A stretch of DNA of 64,000 bases from positions 90,272,001 to 90,336,000 of the forward strand of contig NC_043000.1 of assembly GCF_006345805.1 (NCBI RefSeq), written 5' to 3'. Source of the DNA: Octopus sinensis (lineage: Eukaryota). Below are positions 1 through 13,321 of the stretch, in pieces. Position 1 is the stretch's first letter, and each line of letters starts with the position of its first letter. The notes beneath the pieces were generated by a model, which worked only from the letters and a program-made list of their open reading frames with translations, made no database searches and was not told the origin of the DNA. The position numbers and the translations under genes are program-made.

Positions 1-407
1 TACATAATTTTACCATATACCTTGTTACAAGAAATTATTTGTCTACAAATGATTTTACAAAGCAAGGTGGATTCATCAGAAAATCAGGTGTATGAAAACT
101 TATGTAACACTTTTAATGTTCCATGATATGGATCCCATACATTTTTTAACCATATGTAGTGCATAACTACTTCTTCCATTCCTTTCATTCACTTATTTAA
201 TTATTGCATACTACGTAACATAAGTTGCTTTTGTACTGGAGTTGTATAGTACCTATCATCTTATTATTTTGATATGGAACAGAATGTATTTGATACATGG
301 ATTAATAAATTTCATTGATCAATTATTGTTTTCTTGTTTTCTTTAAAGCCTTCTTATGCTAGAGGCTAACTAACTGTTGTGCCATCACTGATTGGATCTC
401 ACTACAT

Positions 408-444
<37 letters not shown>

Positions 445-1539
445 TTTACAAGGAAATCAGTGATAGTGATTTTCTTCCTACCCTCCTCTATCTCAACCTT
501 CTACACAACTACTTCCTCAATCTACCTAACCACATCTAATTATCATTTACATATTTCCATTGAATGCTCCCCACCAAAAAAATTTTTTTTAATTTGCCAA
601 TGAATATGTAAAGCCAGAAAAATCCTAAGTAAAGCACAGTTTGATGGTAAGCAAGCAAACCTTCAAAGCCACTGCTGGCGTTATTTTCTTGTAAAAGTTA
701 ATAAATATCTATTCTACAATAAATAATGAGTAATCCTTCAGTTTATTGTTAAAAGTGTTGTATATAAAATTTGACAGAGGAACAAACACACTCATTGCAT
801 CACCTAAAAAGCTGACTATATATAAAGATGGATGCTTGGCAGACTAGTTTTAAAATTTTCTCAATCATGAGGCTCTTGTTGTGCAGCACATTGAGAAAAG
901 TCCGCAAATAAAATTGAAAGAGAAATTGTATGGAAGCGCAAAAATGATCTGTACTTATTATTTGATGGCACAACTTTGTGATAATTGTATCGGCCTTAAA
1001 GTTACAAGTATTGTATAGATATATTTGTTGATTGGCCAGCCATTTATAGTATCATGCAATGAATAGTTCCATTGTTCAAACAACTAGAACCCTTGATTTT
1101 ATGAACTAAAGATTCGTTAATCATCTGAACAGTCTTTAGTCTTTAATAGTAAGGCAGTTGAAGCTGAGAAAATAAGAGAAATTCTGCAGTAAAAATGTTA
1201 TACAAATAATCCAAACAGTGGAAAAAACCTTTTACTGGAAGGCAGCAGAGAAGCCTAATGTTTTTGACAGAACTCTTCAATTGTCAGAGAAGTGTCAATC
1301 TTTCTCTCAGTAGAAGTATTATGACTCCCAAATTTTAGATTTCTCTTCTTCAAGATGGCATAAGAATTACTCTATTATTGAATTACTAAAGTGTTACCTG
1401 TCTCATGACTTGTGACCTTGGGAGTATACTCTTGTCACCATGGGTAATGTTAGGAAATATGACACACATACAATAATTATAATTTAACTTTTATCAGATC
1501 CATTGGTGCTTATACAAAATGATGAAACCTTTTTTTCCC

Positions 1540-2345
1540 TTTTATTGTTTACTTCATTCAGTAATTTGACTGTGGCCATGCAGGAGCACTGCCTTAAATA
1601 GTTTAGTTGAACAAATCAACCCCCAGGATTTATCTTTTTAAAGCCTAGTACTTATTCTATTGGTCTCTTTGCTGAATTGCTAAGTTACATGGACATATAA
1701 GGAGTGGCTGTGTGGTAAGTAGCTTGCTTACCAACCACATGGTTCTGGGTTCAGTCCCATTGCATGGCATCTTGGGCAAGTGTCTTCTGCTATAGCCTCG
1801 GGCCGACCAATGCCTTGTGAGTGGATTTGGTAGACAGAAACTGAAAGAAGCCTTTCGTGTATATGTATATATGTATGTGTATGTGTGTGTATATGTTTGT
1901 GTGTCTGTGTTTGTCCCCCTAGCATTGCTTGACAACCGATGCTGGTGTGTTTACGTCCCCATCACTTAGCGGTTCGGCAAAAGAGACCGATAGAATAAGT
2001 ACTGGGCTTACAAAGAATAAGTCCCGGGGTCGATTTGCTTGACTAAAGGCGGTGATCCAGCATGGCCGCAGTCAAATTTCTGAAATAAGTAAAAGAGTAT
2101 ATGCACACCAAAACCGGTTGTCCAGTAGTAGTGAAGGACAAACACACACACACACACAAGCATGCACGCACACACACACACGACAGGCCTCTTTCAGTTT
2201 CTGTCAACCAAATCCTCTCACAAGTTTTTGGGTTGGACCAAGGCTTTAGTTGAAAACATTTGCCCAAGGTGCTACGCAGTGGGACTGAATCTGGAACTAT
2301 GAGGTTGGGAATGAAACTTCTTACCGCACAGCCATACCTGTGCCT
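1540..2345. mobile_element. Cluster of three tRNA-derived SINE family A pieces: 3' half (-) 1540-1694, full (+) 1701-2096, 5' half (-) 2140-2345
   Basis: Head GGAGTGGCTGTGTGGTAAG...GGTTCAGTCCCA (A/B-box-like), CORE-like CTTGGGCAAGTGTCTT, internal (TA/TG)n, tail GACTGAAACAAGTAAAAGA; recurs many times in the window. Confidence 0.85.
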
Positions 2346-3325
2346 AAATGAAAAATAATCTTCTAAAGAAAAATATTTATTTTATGTAACCTCTTTTATT
2401 ACTGATTTATTCATTGCTGATCCAGGATAAAAAAATGTGTTCAATTTTCAACCATGTTAAGCTTAATCCTTTAGCATTTAAACCGGTCATATTCAGTCCA
2501 AATGTTCAATCTGTTTTATGTTGAAACCAATCAGATCTGCTCCCTCACACATACTTTAAAATGTCATTTTAAAAATGAACAATCACATCAACAACATCTT
2601 AAAGCTAGTATTAAATTTCATCGAGTAATCTGAATGCTACAGATTTATCCAAATTGAACTGTGATAATACAGGTCAGTAATCAGTTGAAGAGACTACTTT
2701 TACTACAAAAATGTAACCCAATAAATGTTTATGCTGGATATTATTATTATTGTAGAGATTATACCACTTAAAACATAGTTGCTCTAGCTGTCTGTTACTA
2801 TGATGTATTTAGAGGTTTTGTCTATGCTCTGCTTATATATAATGTGTACAGTGACATCCTTGGTGCTGTCAAGCCTTTTTTGTATTTTTTACTAGAATTT
2901 CTGAATAGTACTCTAGTTTGTTGATTTTAATTCATTTTCCTAAGTTTCAAACTTTCTTCACTGTCCTGCAACAGATTCTACATTGATAATCAAGCCTGCA
3001 GTAAGAAAAAATTCTCATAATTTTCATAAAAACATTCAGTTCTGAACTCTTGCATCATTGATGAGAATCCCCGCAAATGCTGCTCTTAGCAGTTCTTTAT
3101 TGTGTTTAGTGCTTATATCAACTTTACTTTTATTGCAACAGTAACTGAAAATAAATTGGAAGTACCAATCAGTTCCTCTTCCCATCTACCACATCTGACT
3201 TAAAATTTTAATATATACCTTCTTACTAACATAAAAAAGAAAATCTTACAAGACATGAAATGCATCACAATGCACACATGTATGAAGCACAGATTTATTC
3301 TGCTCTTTAAATACATTCTACAAAT

Positions 3326-3483
3326 CAGGGGCGGACTGAAAGTATTAAGGGCCCTCAGGCATAGCTGTTTACCAGGCCCCTTTGAATGTGTGTTTTAGTA
3401 GAGTTAACATGTAGAGCATGAACCCCTCAGAGATCCGGACCCTCAGGCAGTACCCAATTGACCGATGGCTCAGTCTGCCCCTG
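3326..3483. mobile_element. hAT-type MITE, 158 bp
   Basis: 14-bp TIR CAGGGGC(G/A)GACTGA; perfect 8-bp TSD CTACAAAT at 3318-3325 and 3484-3491. Confidence 0.88.
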
Positions 3484-3758
3484 CTACAAATCCACCATTT
3501 GCAAACACCTTACCCAATAAATCCTGTAACCTCTAAATCCTTGATAAACTAAAACTAATAGCAGACTATATATATAGTGATGAGCACAGTTCCACTAATC
3601 TGCTAACAGCTAATTAGTGAAGCTAACTTTGCGTTTTTTGATTAAACCAATAAAACTTTGGCACTAGTTCTGTATTACGCCTCAAAACACGAAAAATAAA
3701 AGTGAAACCTTTGACAGAGTAAGTTATAAGTAGTTTCACTTTTAATAGTTTCGCTATG

Positions 3759-3845
<87 letters not shown>

Positions 3846-3854
3846 ATATATACA

Positions 3855-4830
3855 CTGGATCCTCAATAACATTGACATAAACCTCAAATTCGAGATTGAA
3901 CATCCAGACGAATCTGGAACCCTCTCTCTACTTGACTTTCAACTCAGAATCACAGAGGAAGGCTCCATATTTACCAACTTTTACAGAAAAGCTGTAAGCA
4001 GGAAACCTTTTGTCCACTACCAATCAGCCTTACCCACCAGAGCCAAAGCCGCATACATGAGAAACGAGATTGCATGTATAAACAACAATTGCAGCACAGT
4101 GACCAACAAAGCCATCAACACCAAACAGTTTCTCAGAGACCTAACCCTGAATGGCTACCCATCATCTTTAGCCAACAACAGCACCTGAAAAACATCAGGG
4201 TCAATAAACCCTGAAAGAACCATCATACTCCCAAGTCTGGCATGTGCTTCCTTAAGCTACCACAATTTGACAACAGAACTACTGCAGCAATACAACATGC
4301 AGTCCGCAGGAAAGGACTTGACATACAGATAGCACACACCAGCCTTTCCCTGAGAAAAGCTCTGTCCACGAAGAATATCTCTCACTACTCCAAGGAGTGT
4401 ACATTATTGAACTGCCTCATCAATAACCCTGAATTGTACCGGAGGACCTATGTTGTATATGAGATCATATGTGGCAAATGTGACGCATCCTACATAGGAA
4501 GTACAACAAGAAAACTGTATATACATATAAAGGAACATATGCAGGCAGACACTTTTGTGAAGAAACATCTACGGAAATGCCAGGCCAGGGAATTCATAGT
4601 GCACATCTGAGCAACACAGCAGAACAGGGGCAACGTTAGAATCTCTGTGGCCATCCTCATAACCAAAGAAAACCAAATATCAAAAACAGAAGAGAGTTAC
4701 AGTAAGCTAGCTGGTTGTTATAGCAACACCTTTCCATGCATGTCCACTCTACACACATGCACATTGGCAATATTTATCAGTTTCTTGAAAATGGGGTCAT
4801 AACCCTGAAATATTGAATGTATGGTAAGTC
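3855..4830 (+). mobile_element. Penelope-like element fragment: RT C-terminus plus GIY-YIG endonuclease, disrupted
   Basis: LNNIDINLKFEIEHPDESGTLSLLDFQL...FYRK is RT-like; VVYEIICGKCDASYIGSTTRKL is GIY-YIG. Confidence 0.85.
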
Positions 4831-4879
4831 TACATTAATTCATATATTTGTTTTTATAATTATAATTAAGAGCTGTCAG

Positions 4880-5370
4880 GTGTGATGACGTTTACTTGAT
4901 ATGAATAGTGTTTGTTTTTTCTTGCTGTTGAAAGAGACAATGTTGGTATATCCCCATTGGAGGATGTTTCTGTCTAAGAAGCTAGTGTGTGTTTAATCTG
5001 TGGTTTCTAGGTTGTAAGGGGACGGTACATAGTCCTGGAATTTTTGGGAGAAATAAAGAGTAGTGTGTGATCTGCATAAGGGTGGATATTGTTAGATGTA
5101 GTGGCAGACACATGATTGATGTTTAGAAAGAAGAGAAATGGAGACAAAAGTGAACCCTGATGCATGATAGACAGAAATAGCTCTCAATGCACATGGCAAT
5201 CTTACAGGAAGCTACTGATCCAAGAGCTGAGAGATGGGTGATCATACGCAAGCATTTTCAACATGAGATTTGCATGTCAGACACAGTTTAAAGTTTTGCT
5301 GATATTGAGGCTAATGACATTGCCATCTTTTAATTATTTCCAGGGCAAGAGACTATCATTGGCTGATGGA
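4880..5370 (-). mobile_element. Degenerate jockey/CR1-group LINE RT relic
   Basis: Minus-strand translations SLNISKTLNCV*H, SWISSFL and ILQWGYTNIVSFNSKKKQTLFIS resemble the LDISKAFDRVWH and W..N.V.FN..KTQ motifs. Confidence 0.55.
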
Positions 5371-6189
5371 GGTTACCAGTGGCTCTGGCTTTTCAGTAAC
5401 TGTAATGTAATGCATGGGTATTACATGCATGCACGTCTCCTGCCCCAACTCTCTCGATATATACATGTATATATATCAGTCCAGGTCACTGGATTACGCT
5501 TCTGGAAGAATTCGCCCCACCCCAACCACCAAATTCCAGTTTTCATCCTTTCCACTTCCATAGTTTTCAGATTTCCCACCATTTAACGATAGCTTTTACA
5601 AAATTCTGCCAATTTTCTTGACCAACAAAATTAAAATTGTTTCTATTTTTCTACCTCTCCCAATTCCATGTCATAAATCTTGTTAATTTTTTTTTCACCC
5701 ATTTGAAATATATCAAATTTCACCAAATTTTCTGTACTGATGTCACTTACAAATTACTGATTAGAAAAATGAATGCGATTTTCATCAGCATGAAAATAAT
5801 GTGATGAAATTTTGAAATATAAGTGGTTAGAAGAAATTTAACAAGAAACCCATGTTTTTTTTTTTTGTCCTGACACTATAATTCAGAGCTACCAATTCCA
5901 AAACTCTACCAAAATACTGCCTTTCATCATCATATTTCTGCTGAAATATATTGCCTGTCTTACATTTAATTTTAAATATAATGAAGTATTTAGTAAAAGA
6001 ACTTTGTCAGTATAAAGCCGGTGTTTGAAACATAAATTAACATGAAATTTTAATGGAAGATTTTTTAAAGTTTCATAATTTAAAAACAGCTTGTATCATA
6101 GAATTGGGGGCTGATATTAAAAGGCGAGTCCTCAGAGACCATTCCTATATAAAATCCTTCCGAAGTCAACCAAAAATTTCAAAAAGGAA

Positions 6190-6760
6190 AAAAAAAAAAA
6201 AAAATCACAGCCAGCAGCAGCAACTGCAGTTGTCATCCGGGTCCTTTACATCAGTCGTATTCCAAGCCTCGATGTGACGACGAGAGCTTCTCTATTGCCT
6301 CTCCCTCCCCCTTTCATTACCAACCACCATTTTGTGAATAATATTTCAAAAGAAAAAATATGTCTATAGAACCACCGTCGACGGATCACATCCCAGTTGG
6401 AAATGTATCAGGTAAGTCATCATAGACATACCACTGGAAACTAAAAAAAAAACTATAATCAGTAGAAAAATTAAGGATAAAGTGGAAAAACAGTAAGAGC
6501 TGTGTATAGACACATGCTTCGATTTATTTTTCCTTGAGCAAGCATCACAACCGTGCGCCTTCACCACCTTTGAAAATAGTGCCCCAAAATAGTGTCGTCG
6601 GAGGTGCTAATTTTTTTCCCCCTGTATAGTTCGGCCATAGCTACGGGTTCTGTTCTAGCAATGGGCGCAATAATACGCTCCTCGCATGTTCTCTCTCTCT
6701 CTCTTTCTGTATATATAAATATATTATCGCCGTTCCTCACTCCAGCATTGATTCTCTTCC
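6190..6760 (+). promoter_or_regulatory. Putative promoter, 5'UTR and first-intron CpG-enriched region
   Basis: CpG dinucleotides cluster around exon 1 against a CpG-poor background; YY1-like CCATTTT at 6327-6333. The TSS cannot be located. Confidence 0.4.
6360..6411 (+). CDS. ZNF236: Exon 1 ([17 protein letters not shown]), ends phase 1
   Basis: AAAAATATG start in a locally CpG-rich region; strong donor CAG|GTAAGT; phase matches exon 2. Confidence 0.72.
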
Positions 6761-6926
6761 TGTGTTCGTGCATAATATATATATATATATATCAACACAC
6801 GCGTGTGTACACACACACATATAAATGCACGAATATATGCATATACACGAACACGTAAATGCATTCATGCAAATATGTTTATACTTGCATACATATTTGT
6901 GTTTATGTATATACGTGTATCTTTGC

Positions 6927-6961
<35 letters not shown>

Positions 6962-9900
6962 TGTACGTGTACCTTTGTGTATATGTATATATGCACGTAT
7001 GTGTGCTTTTCTGTATATGTATATATGCACGTACGTGTATCTCCCGTACATATATATTCATGTTTATGTATGTAAAACTCCACGAAAACAACATCAACAG
7101 CGTTGGCGGTAGCAAACTGCCTCCTTACTTTGCTGGCACCTTGTTTATGATTGTGTATTCTATCCGAGTTCAAATCTCATCCTGGTTAGACAGAGTTCGT
7201 CTTCGGTATTTATGAACCGAAAAGAAACAATGAGAGCTTCCCATAGCTAAAGATCAATTTCTCCGGTTCATCATCGTTCACCTTTTAGCACCCAGAGGCG
7301 GTCCTTATGTGCTATCTCACAACAAACCAGTTAACGATCTTTTATTTTTCTCAGTCACCACTTTACACAGATGGTGTTTTAGATACACACAGATCTGAGT
7401 TTGTGTGTGTGTATTGAGAGAGAGAGAGTAAACTTTTACATTTATGTATGCATATATATATATACAGGGTGAGTCAAAATTATGTTAACACTTTTCTGTT
7501 CTGTTCTTCAGTACTCGTGCTAACAGAATTTTGACTCACCCTGTATATATATGTATAGATGTATTTCCATATCTACATTCAGATAGGTGCACACACACAT
7601 ACATATATATGAATATCTGCATCCAAATACTCGTATATATAAGCTCCAATTTTCAGAATACAGCTCAGTGATCTGAGAAGCAACCTATATACATCTGTCT
7701 GTAGCAAGGTAACAGATTCTCTTCCCACTGCATCACCACAATTTCGGCGCCATGTGATGATTAATAATAACCAGTGATTAGATGTAGGCAAGATCATGTG
7801 GTCTCAGGTTCAGTTCCACTTCAAGGCACCTTGGACAAGTGTCTTCTGTTTATAGGCACAGGAGTGGCTGTGTGGTAAGTAGCTTGGTTACCGACCACAT
7901 GGTTCAGGTTCAGTCCCACTGCGTGACGCCTTGGGCAAGTGTCTTCTAATGTAGCTTCGGGCTGGCCAAATACTTGTGAGTGGATTTGGTAGACGGAAAC
8001 TGAAAGAAGCCTGTCGTGTGTGCGTATATATATATATGTTTGTGCGTCAGTTTATCCCCCACCATCGCTTGACAACCGATATTGGTGTGTTTACGTCCCC
8101 ATAACTTAGTTCGACAAAAGATCCCCAGTAGAATAAGTACTAAGCTTACAAAGAATTAGTCCTGGGGTCAATTTGTTCGACCAAAGGCAATGCTCCAGCA
8201 TGGCCGCAGTCAAATGACTGAAACAAGTAAAGGAATAAAAAGAAACCCCCAGATCAACTAAAGCCTTGTAAATGGATTTAGTAGATTAAGATGGAAAGAA
8301 GCCTGTTTGTTTGCATATATATATATATATATATATATATGCATGCATATATATATATATATATAATATATATATATATGCATGCATATATGTTTGTGAG
8401 CCAAGAAACCTGGCTAAGATGGGACTAAGTAGTGGCACACAGTCTCATGGCCTGATCTTTGGAAAGTGGAACTCCACTGGATAAAATTCATAATTCTCGT
8501 AGTTTATGATGTCTTTTTGTGCTCCTCCAACTTATACTGGGAAAAGCTGGAGTCATCACCTTGCTCCTTGTGCTTGAGAAGAAGCTTGGAGCACATTCTC
8601 AGTAGCTGTCCAAAAGCCCTGGGATGGGATGCTACTGCTGGAGGCATAACGAGGTTTTGAAGATCATAGCAGACACCATCTAAAGTGGGATTAGCCTCAA
8701 CAGGCTCCTTAATCAAATAAAGTTTATTATTTTCATTAGAGCTAGTGTGAAGAATATGCCAGCTGGACCTACTTGCAACAGCAAAAAAAAAACTGGGAAC
8801 TGAAAGCTGATCTGAGGATGTAGCTGAAGCTTCCAGAAACTGTCGCCTCATTATCACTAATGCTGGATGTGATACTGATTTCAAAGGCATCTATGTAAGT
8901 GCATCTGTTAGAACTTGCTATTCTTTTAGAGGACCACATTTAGGAATCAAATGAAAACAAGAGCACTCAGAGAGGGCAAACCTCCCTCAAGGCAACACCA
9001 ACAATTAGCCAAAGATAATTTTTAAAACGAGAATATCTAAAATAAATTTGACTGCTCTCACAAATGAGAATACTAAAAATGAACCCAACCGCTCTCAAAA
9101 ATTAAGTAAAAAAAACAGGAAAAATAATCCAGAATCGTTGTCTGGTCTCAGATTGATCTCAACATCTAATCAGTTCGTGCCAGTCATGAGGCCAAACATC
9201 CCTGAAAGTTTCATCCGAACTCATCCAGTGGTTCTTGAGATATGTTGTCCATGGAAAAACAAACAAACATGACTGAAAACAATACCTCTGCCTTTGGTAA
9301 GGCAGAGGTAATAAGAAAAGAAAATATGTTGGAGCAGGTGGAGCTACATGGAAGCAATGTGTGACAAGCAAGGTGTGATCTGATGAAGTTGAGATGCAGA
9401 TGGTTTTCAAACCAGTCCCTCTGCAGAGATTATAACATGCTTGGCATTGCAGGGGCCAGTTAGCAGAAGGCTATCAGATTGGCTGTGGGTCAAGAGGTGT
9501 GAGCTTTGGTAAGGGCAGTGCTAACACAAGCTAGGGCTTGGTCAATCTTGGATGAGGGTGTCTGATGTTGAAAGACCCAAAATGATTAATGATCTCAGGA
9601 CACGTCACAGATAATGTGTTCAGGTGTTTCACATTGTGTGTATATGTATGCAAGTTAGAAGCATGTTGAATGGTGAACAAAAAAGCATGCTTTTTTCTTT
9701 CTCTTTAACTACATATGTGTGTGTATATATTTATCTATCTATATATATATATATATGTATGTATATATGTATATATATACATATATATATGTATGTATAT
9801 ATATATACATATATATATGCATGTATAACTTAAGTTGGTCTGCGACTTCAAGTAGCAGTTCTCCATTCTCTTGTCAATAGTGTAGATGGAGCATAGAGAA

Positions 9901-10894
9901 GAATAGGGAACCATTGAGTACAGTTTAAATAAAAAAAAACAGGAGATGGAAGAAAAAGAGTGGTTAACAGTATGCACTCAAACAACAGGCAAATACAGGT
10001 ATATCAAATACTATACAACATAAATTTTTGGTTTATTAAAATGATATCTCCATTTAGAGGATATATCACTATTACCAAATGGTAATTAAGACCAGCTCTG
10101 TGTATGAGAAGAGACAACCCTAAGAACCAAGAACTCTCCAAAGCTAACATGCCATTAAGAAAAGGGACAGGCCCACTGTCTTGAGACCAGAGGAGAGTTG
10201 TGGACAAGTGTCTCTGGCCCAACAGCTGCTATCAGCATAATTGTCCAACCTTATCTATAGCAGCCAAGAGAACTTAACCGATACAAAAAGAGCAGAACCC
10301 ATGCACATAAAAAAGCACCATCTGATCATGGCCATTTTCCAGCCTCCCCTGGCACCTGTGCTGGTGGCACGTAAAAAGCACCAACCGATTGTGGCCATTT
10401 GCCAGCCTCGTCTGGCACCTGTGCCGGTGGCACGTAAAAAGCACCCACTACACTCACGGAGTGGTTGGCGTTAGGAAGGACATCCAGCTGTAGAAACACT
10501 GCCAGATCAGACCGGAGCCTGGTGCAGCCTCCTGGCTTCCCAGACCCCGGTCGAACCGTCCAACCCATGCTAGCATAGAAAACGGACGTTAAACGATGAT
10601 GATGATATATACACGTATCTATCTATATATGTATGTATATATACATGTATGTATATATAAATGTATGTATATATATATATGTATGTATAAGTGTATATAT
10701 ATATTAAATAAATAAATAAATATATATATATATATATAAATATAAATTAATAATTTTAAATTTTTAACTTTAAATTAAAATTTTATATTTTATATATTTT
10801 GTATATTATATTAATTATTTTTATTTCTATGTTTTGGTTTATGTTTTTCACTGTTTGATTTGCTTAATAGTGGTTTTATCTCTAATTTAATTTG

Positions 10895-10938
<44 letters not shown>

Positions 10939-11318
10939 ATATATATATATGTATGTATATATATATATGTATGTATATATATATGTGTATATATGTATGT
11001 ATATATATATGTATGTATATATATATATATGTATGTATATATATATGTGTATATATGTATGTATGTATATATGTATGTATATATATATGTATGTATATAT
11101 ATGTGTATATATGTATGTATATATATATGTGTATATATGTATGTATATATATATGTGTATATATGTATGTATATATATATGTGTATATATGTATATATAT
11201 TTATATATGTATATATATATGTAAACTAGTGGGCTAAACACCCACTAAATATATATATATATATATACGCGTATATAAATGTATATCTATCTATATCTAT
11301 AATACACACATCTCGCAC

Positions 11319-11363
<45 letters not shown>

Positions 11364-12307
11364 ATATATATAATATATATAAGGATAATTTTGCATGCAA
11401 ATCAAAAAGTGAAAAAGTGAACGTCAATATTTTGGTTTTCAATTTACCCTATGTAAACCCAAAATAATTACCCATTATTCAAACGGCACTTCCGTTATTT
11501 TGTTTAAGATGGTAGACTGGCATTGAAAAAAATTAGAGAAAAGAAGGAATGATCATGATTAGAACGTTTTTGGTTATAGATCTACTGAATCAATATAGAT
11601 TTGGGGGTTTAATAAGAATGTGTAGGGTGCATAAGAAAGATACGAAAAGTTCAACATTCGTTTCTATACTTCTCTAACAGCATTCAGAACGAGATGAAAT
11701 GTATTACATTAACACTGTAAACAATACACAACGATAAAGGGGTGGGTACGGTGGTAAAGGAACAAAGAGATATACACAAACCCTAACACATCTTTCTCTC
11801 TCTCTTACTTATCACCAGTTTTAATTTTGTTTATGAGATAATCTCAGTAGGGAGCTGTTTATACCTTTCCCGAAGAGTATTACTTGTAAATAATCGGTTC
11901 TCTATTTTGCTTTGAGGGTAACTAAAACACGAATATTATTTTCATATTTTAGCAGAAGGCCTGAAATTTCCGGGTAGGGAATAAATAAGTTGATTACATT
12001 GGCTCCCAGTGAAAGGATGGAAGGCAAAGCCGACCTCGATAGAATTTGAACTCAGAATGTAAAGACGGATGAACTACTGCTAAGCATTTTGCCTGGCGTG
12101 TTAACGATTCTTCTAGTTCGTCGCCTCCCATATGATACAAATATTGCTTTAAAATACAATTTAGTTTATAATACTACAACATCGTACAGTAACTAAAATA
12201 CTGCAATAATACACAAACACATACGCAAATATACACGCCTAGAGACATTCATATATATTTGTGTGTGTATAAATAGATATAAAATTGTGTGTGTGTGTGT
12301 GTGTATG

Positions 12308-12361
<54 letters not shown>

Positions 12362-13282
12362 TAAGGATAATTTTGCATGCAAATCAAAAAGTGAAAAAGT
12401 GAACGTCAATATTTTGGTTTTCAATTTACCCTATGTAAACCCAAAATAATTACCCATTATTCAAACGGCACTTCCGTTATTTTGTTTAAGATGGTAGACT
12501 GGCATTGAAAAAAATTAGAGAAAAGAAGGAATGATCATGATTAGAACGTTTTTGGTTATAGATCTACTGAATCAATATAGATTTGGGGTTTAATAAGAAT
12601 GTGTAGGGTGCATAAGAAAGATACGAAAAGTTCAACATTCGTTTCTATACTTCTCTAACAGCATTCAGAACGAGATGAAATGTATTACATTAACACTGTA
12701 AACAATACACAACGATAAAGGGGTGGGTACGGTGGTAAAGGAACAAAGAGATATACACAAACCCTAACACATCTTTCTCTCTCTCTTACTTATCACCAGT
12801 TTTAATTTTGTTTATGAGATAATCTCAGTAGGGAGCTGTTTATACCTTTCCCGAAGAGTATTACTTGTAAATAATCGGTTCTCTATTTTGCTTTGAGGGT
12901 AACTAAAACACGAATATTATTTTCATATTTTAGCAGAAGGCCTGAAATTTCCGGGTAGGGAATAAATAAGTTGATTACATTGGCTCCCAGTGAAAGGATG
13001 GAAGGCAAAGCCGACCTCGATAGAATTTGAACTCAGAATGTAAAGACGGATGAACTACTGCTAAGCATTTTGCCTGGCGTGTTAACGATTCTTCTAGTTC
13101 GTCGCCTCCCATATGATACAAATATTGCTTTAAAATACAATTTAGTTTATAATACTACAACATCGTACAGTAACTAAAATACTGCAATAATACACAAACA
13201 CATACGCAAATATACACGCCTAGAGACATTCATATATATTTGTGTGTGTATAAATAGATATAAAATTGTGTGTGTGTGTGTG

Positions 13283-13321
<39 letters not shown>

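Noticed and set aside
680-1410. Possible decayed coding or transposase sequence upstream of the gene
   Set aside because: Stops in the frames I tried and no motif I could assign.
6053-6277. 74-aa ORF upstream of exon 1 as a separate gene or extra exon
   Set aside because: It starts inside a dispersed repeat (related copy at about 52430-52620), crosses a poly-A run and has no recognisable motif.
6737-7215. Overlapping YIYI/CVCV-rich ORFs (also 10860-11241, 37422-38606)
   Set aside because: Translations of (TA)n/(TG)n microsatellites, which lack stops in several frames; no protein-like content.
10300-10450. Repeat-spacer look of the TGGCACGTAAAAAGCACC units (CRISPR-like)
   Set aside because: The inter-core sequences are homologous to each other, the units belong to a dispersed RTE 3'UTR, the context is a eukaryotic intron and there are no cas genes.
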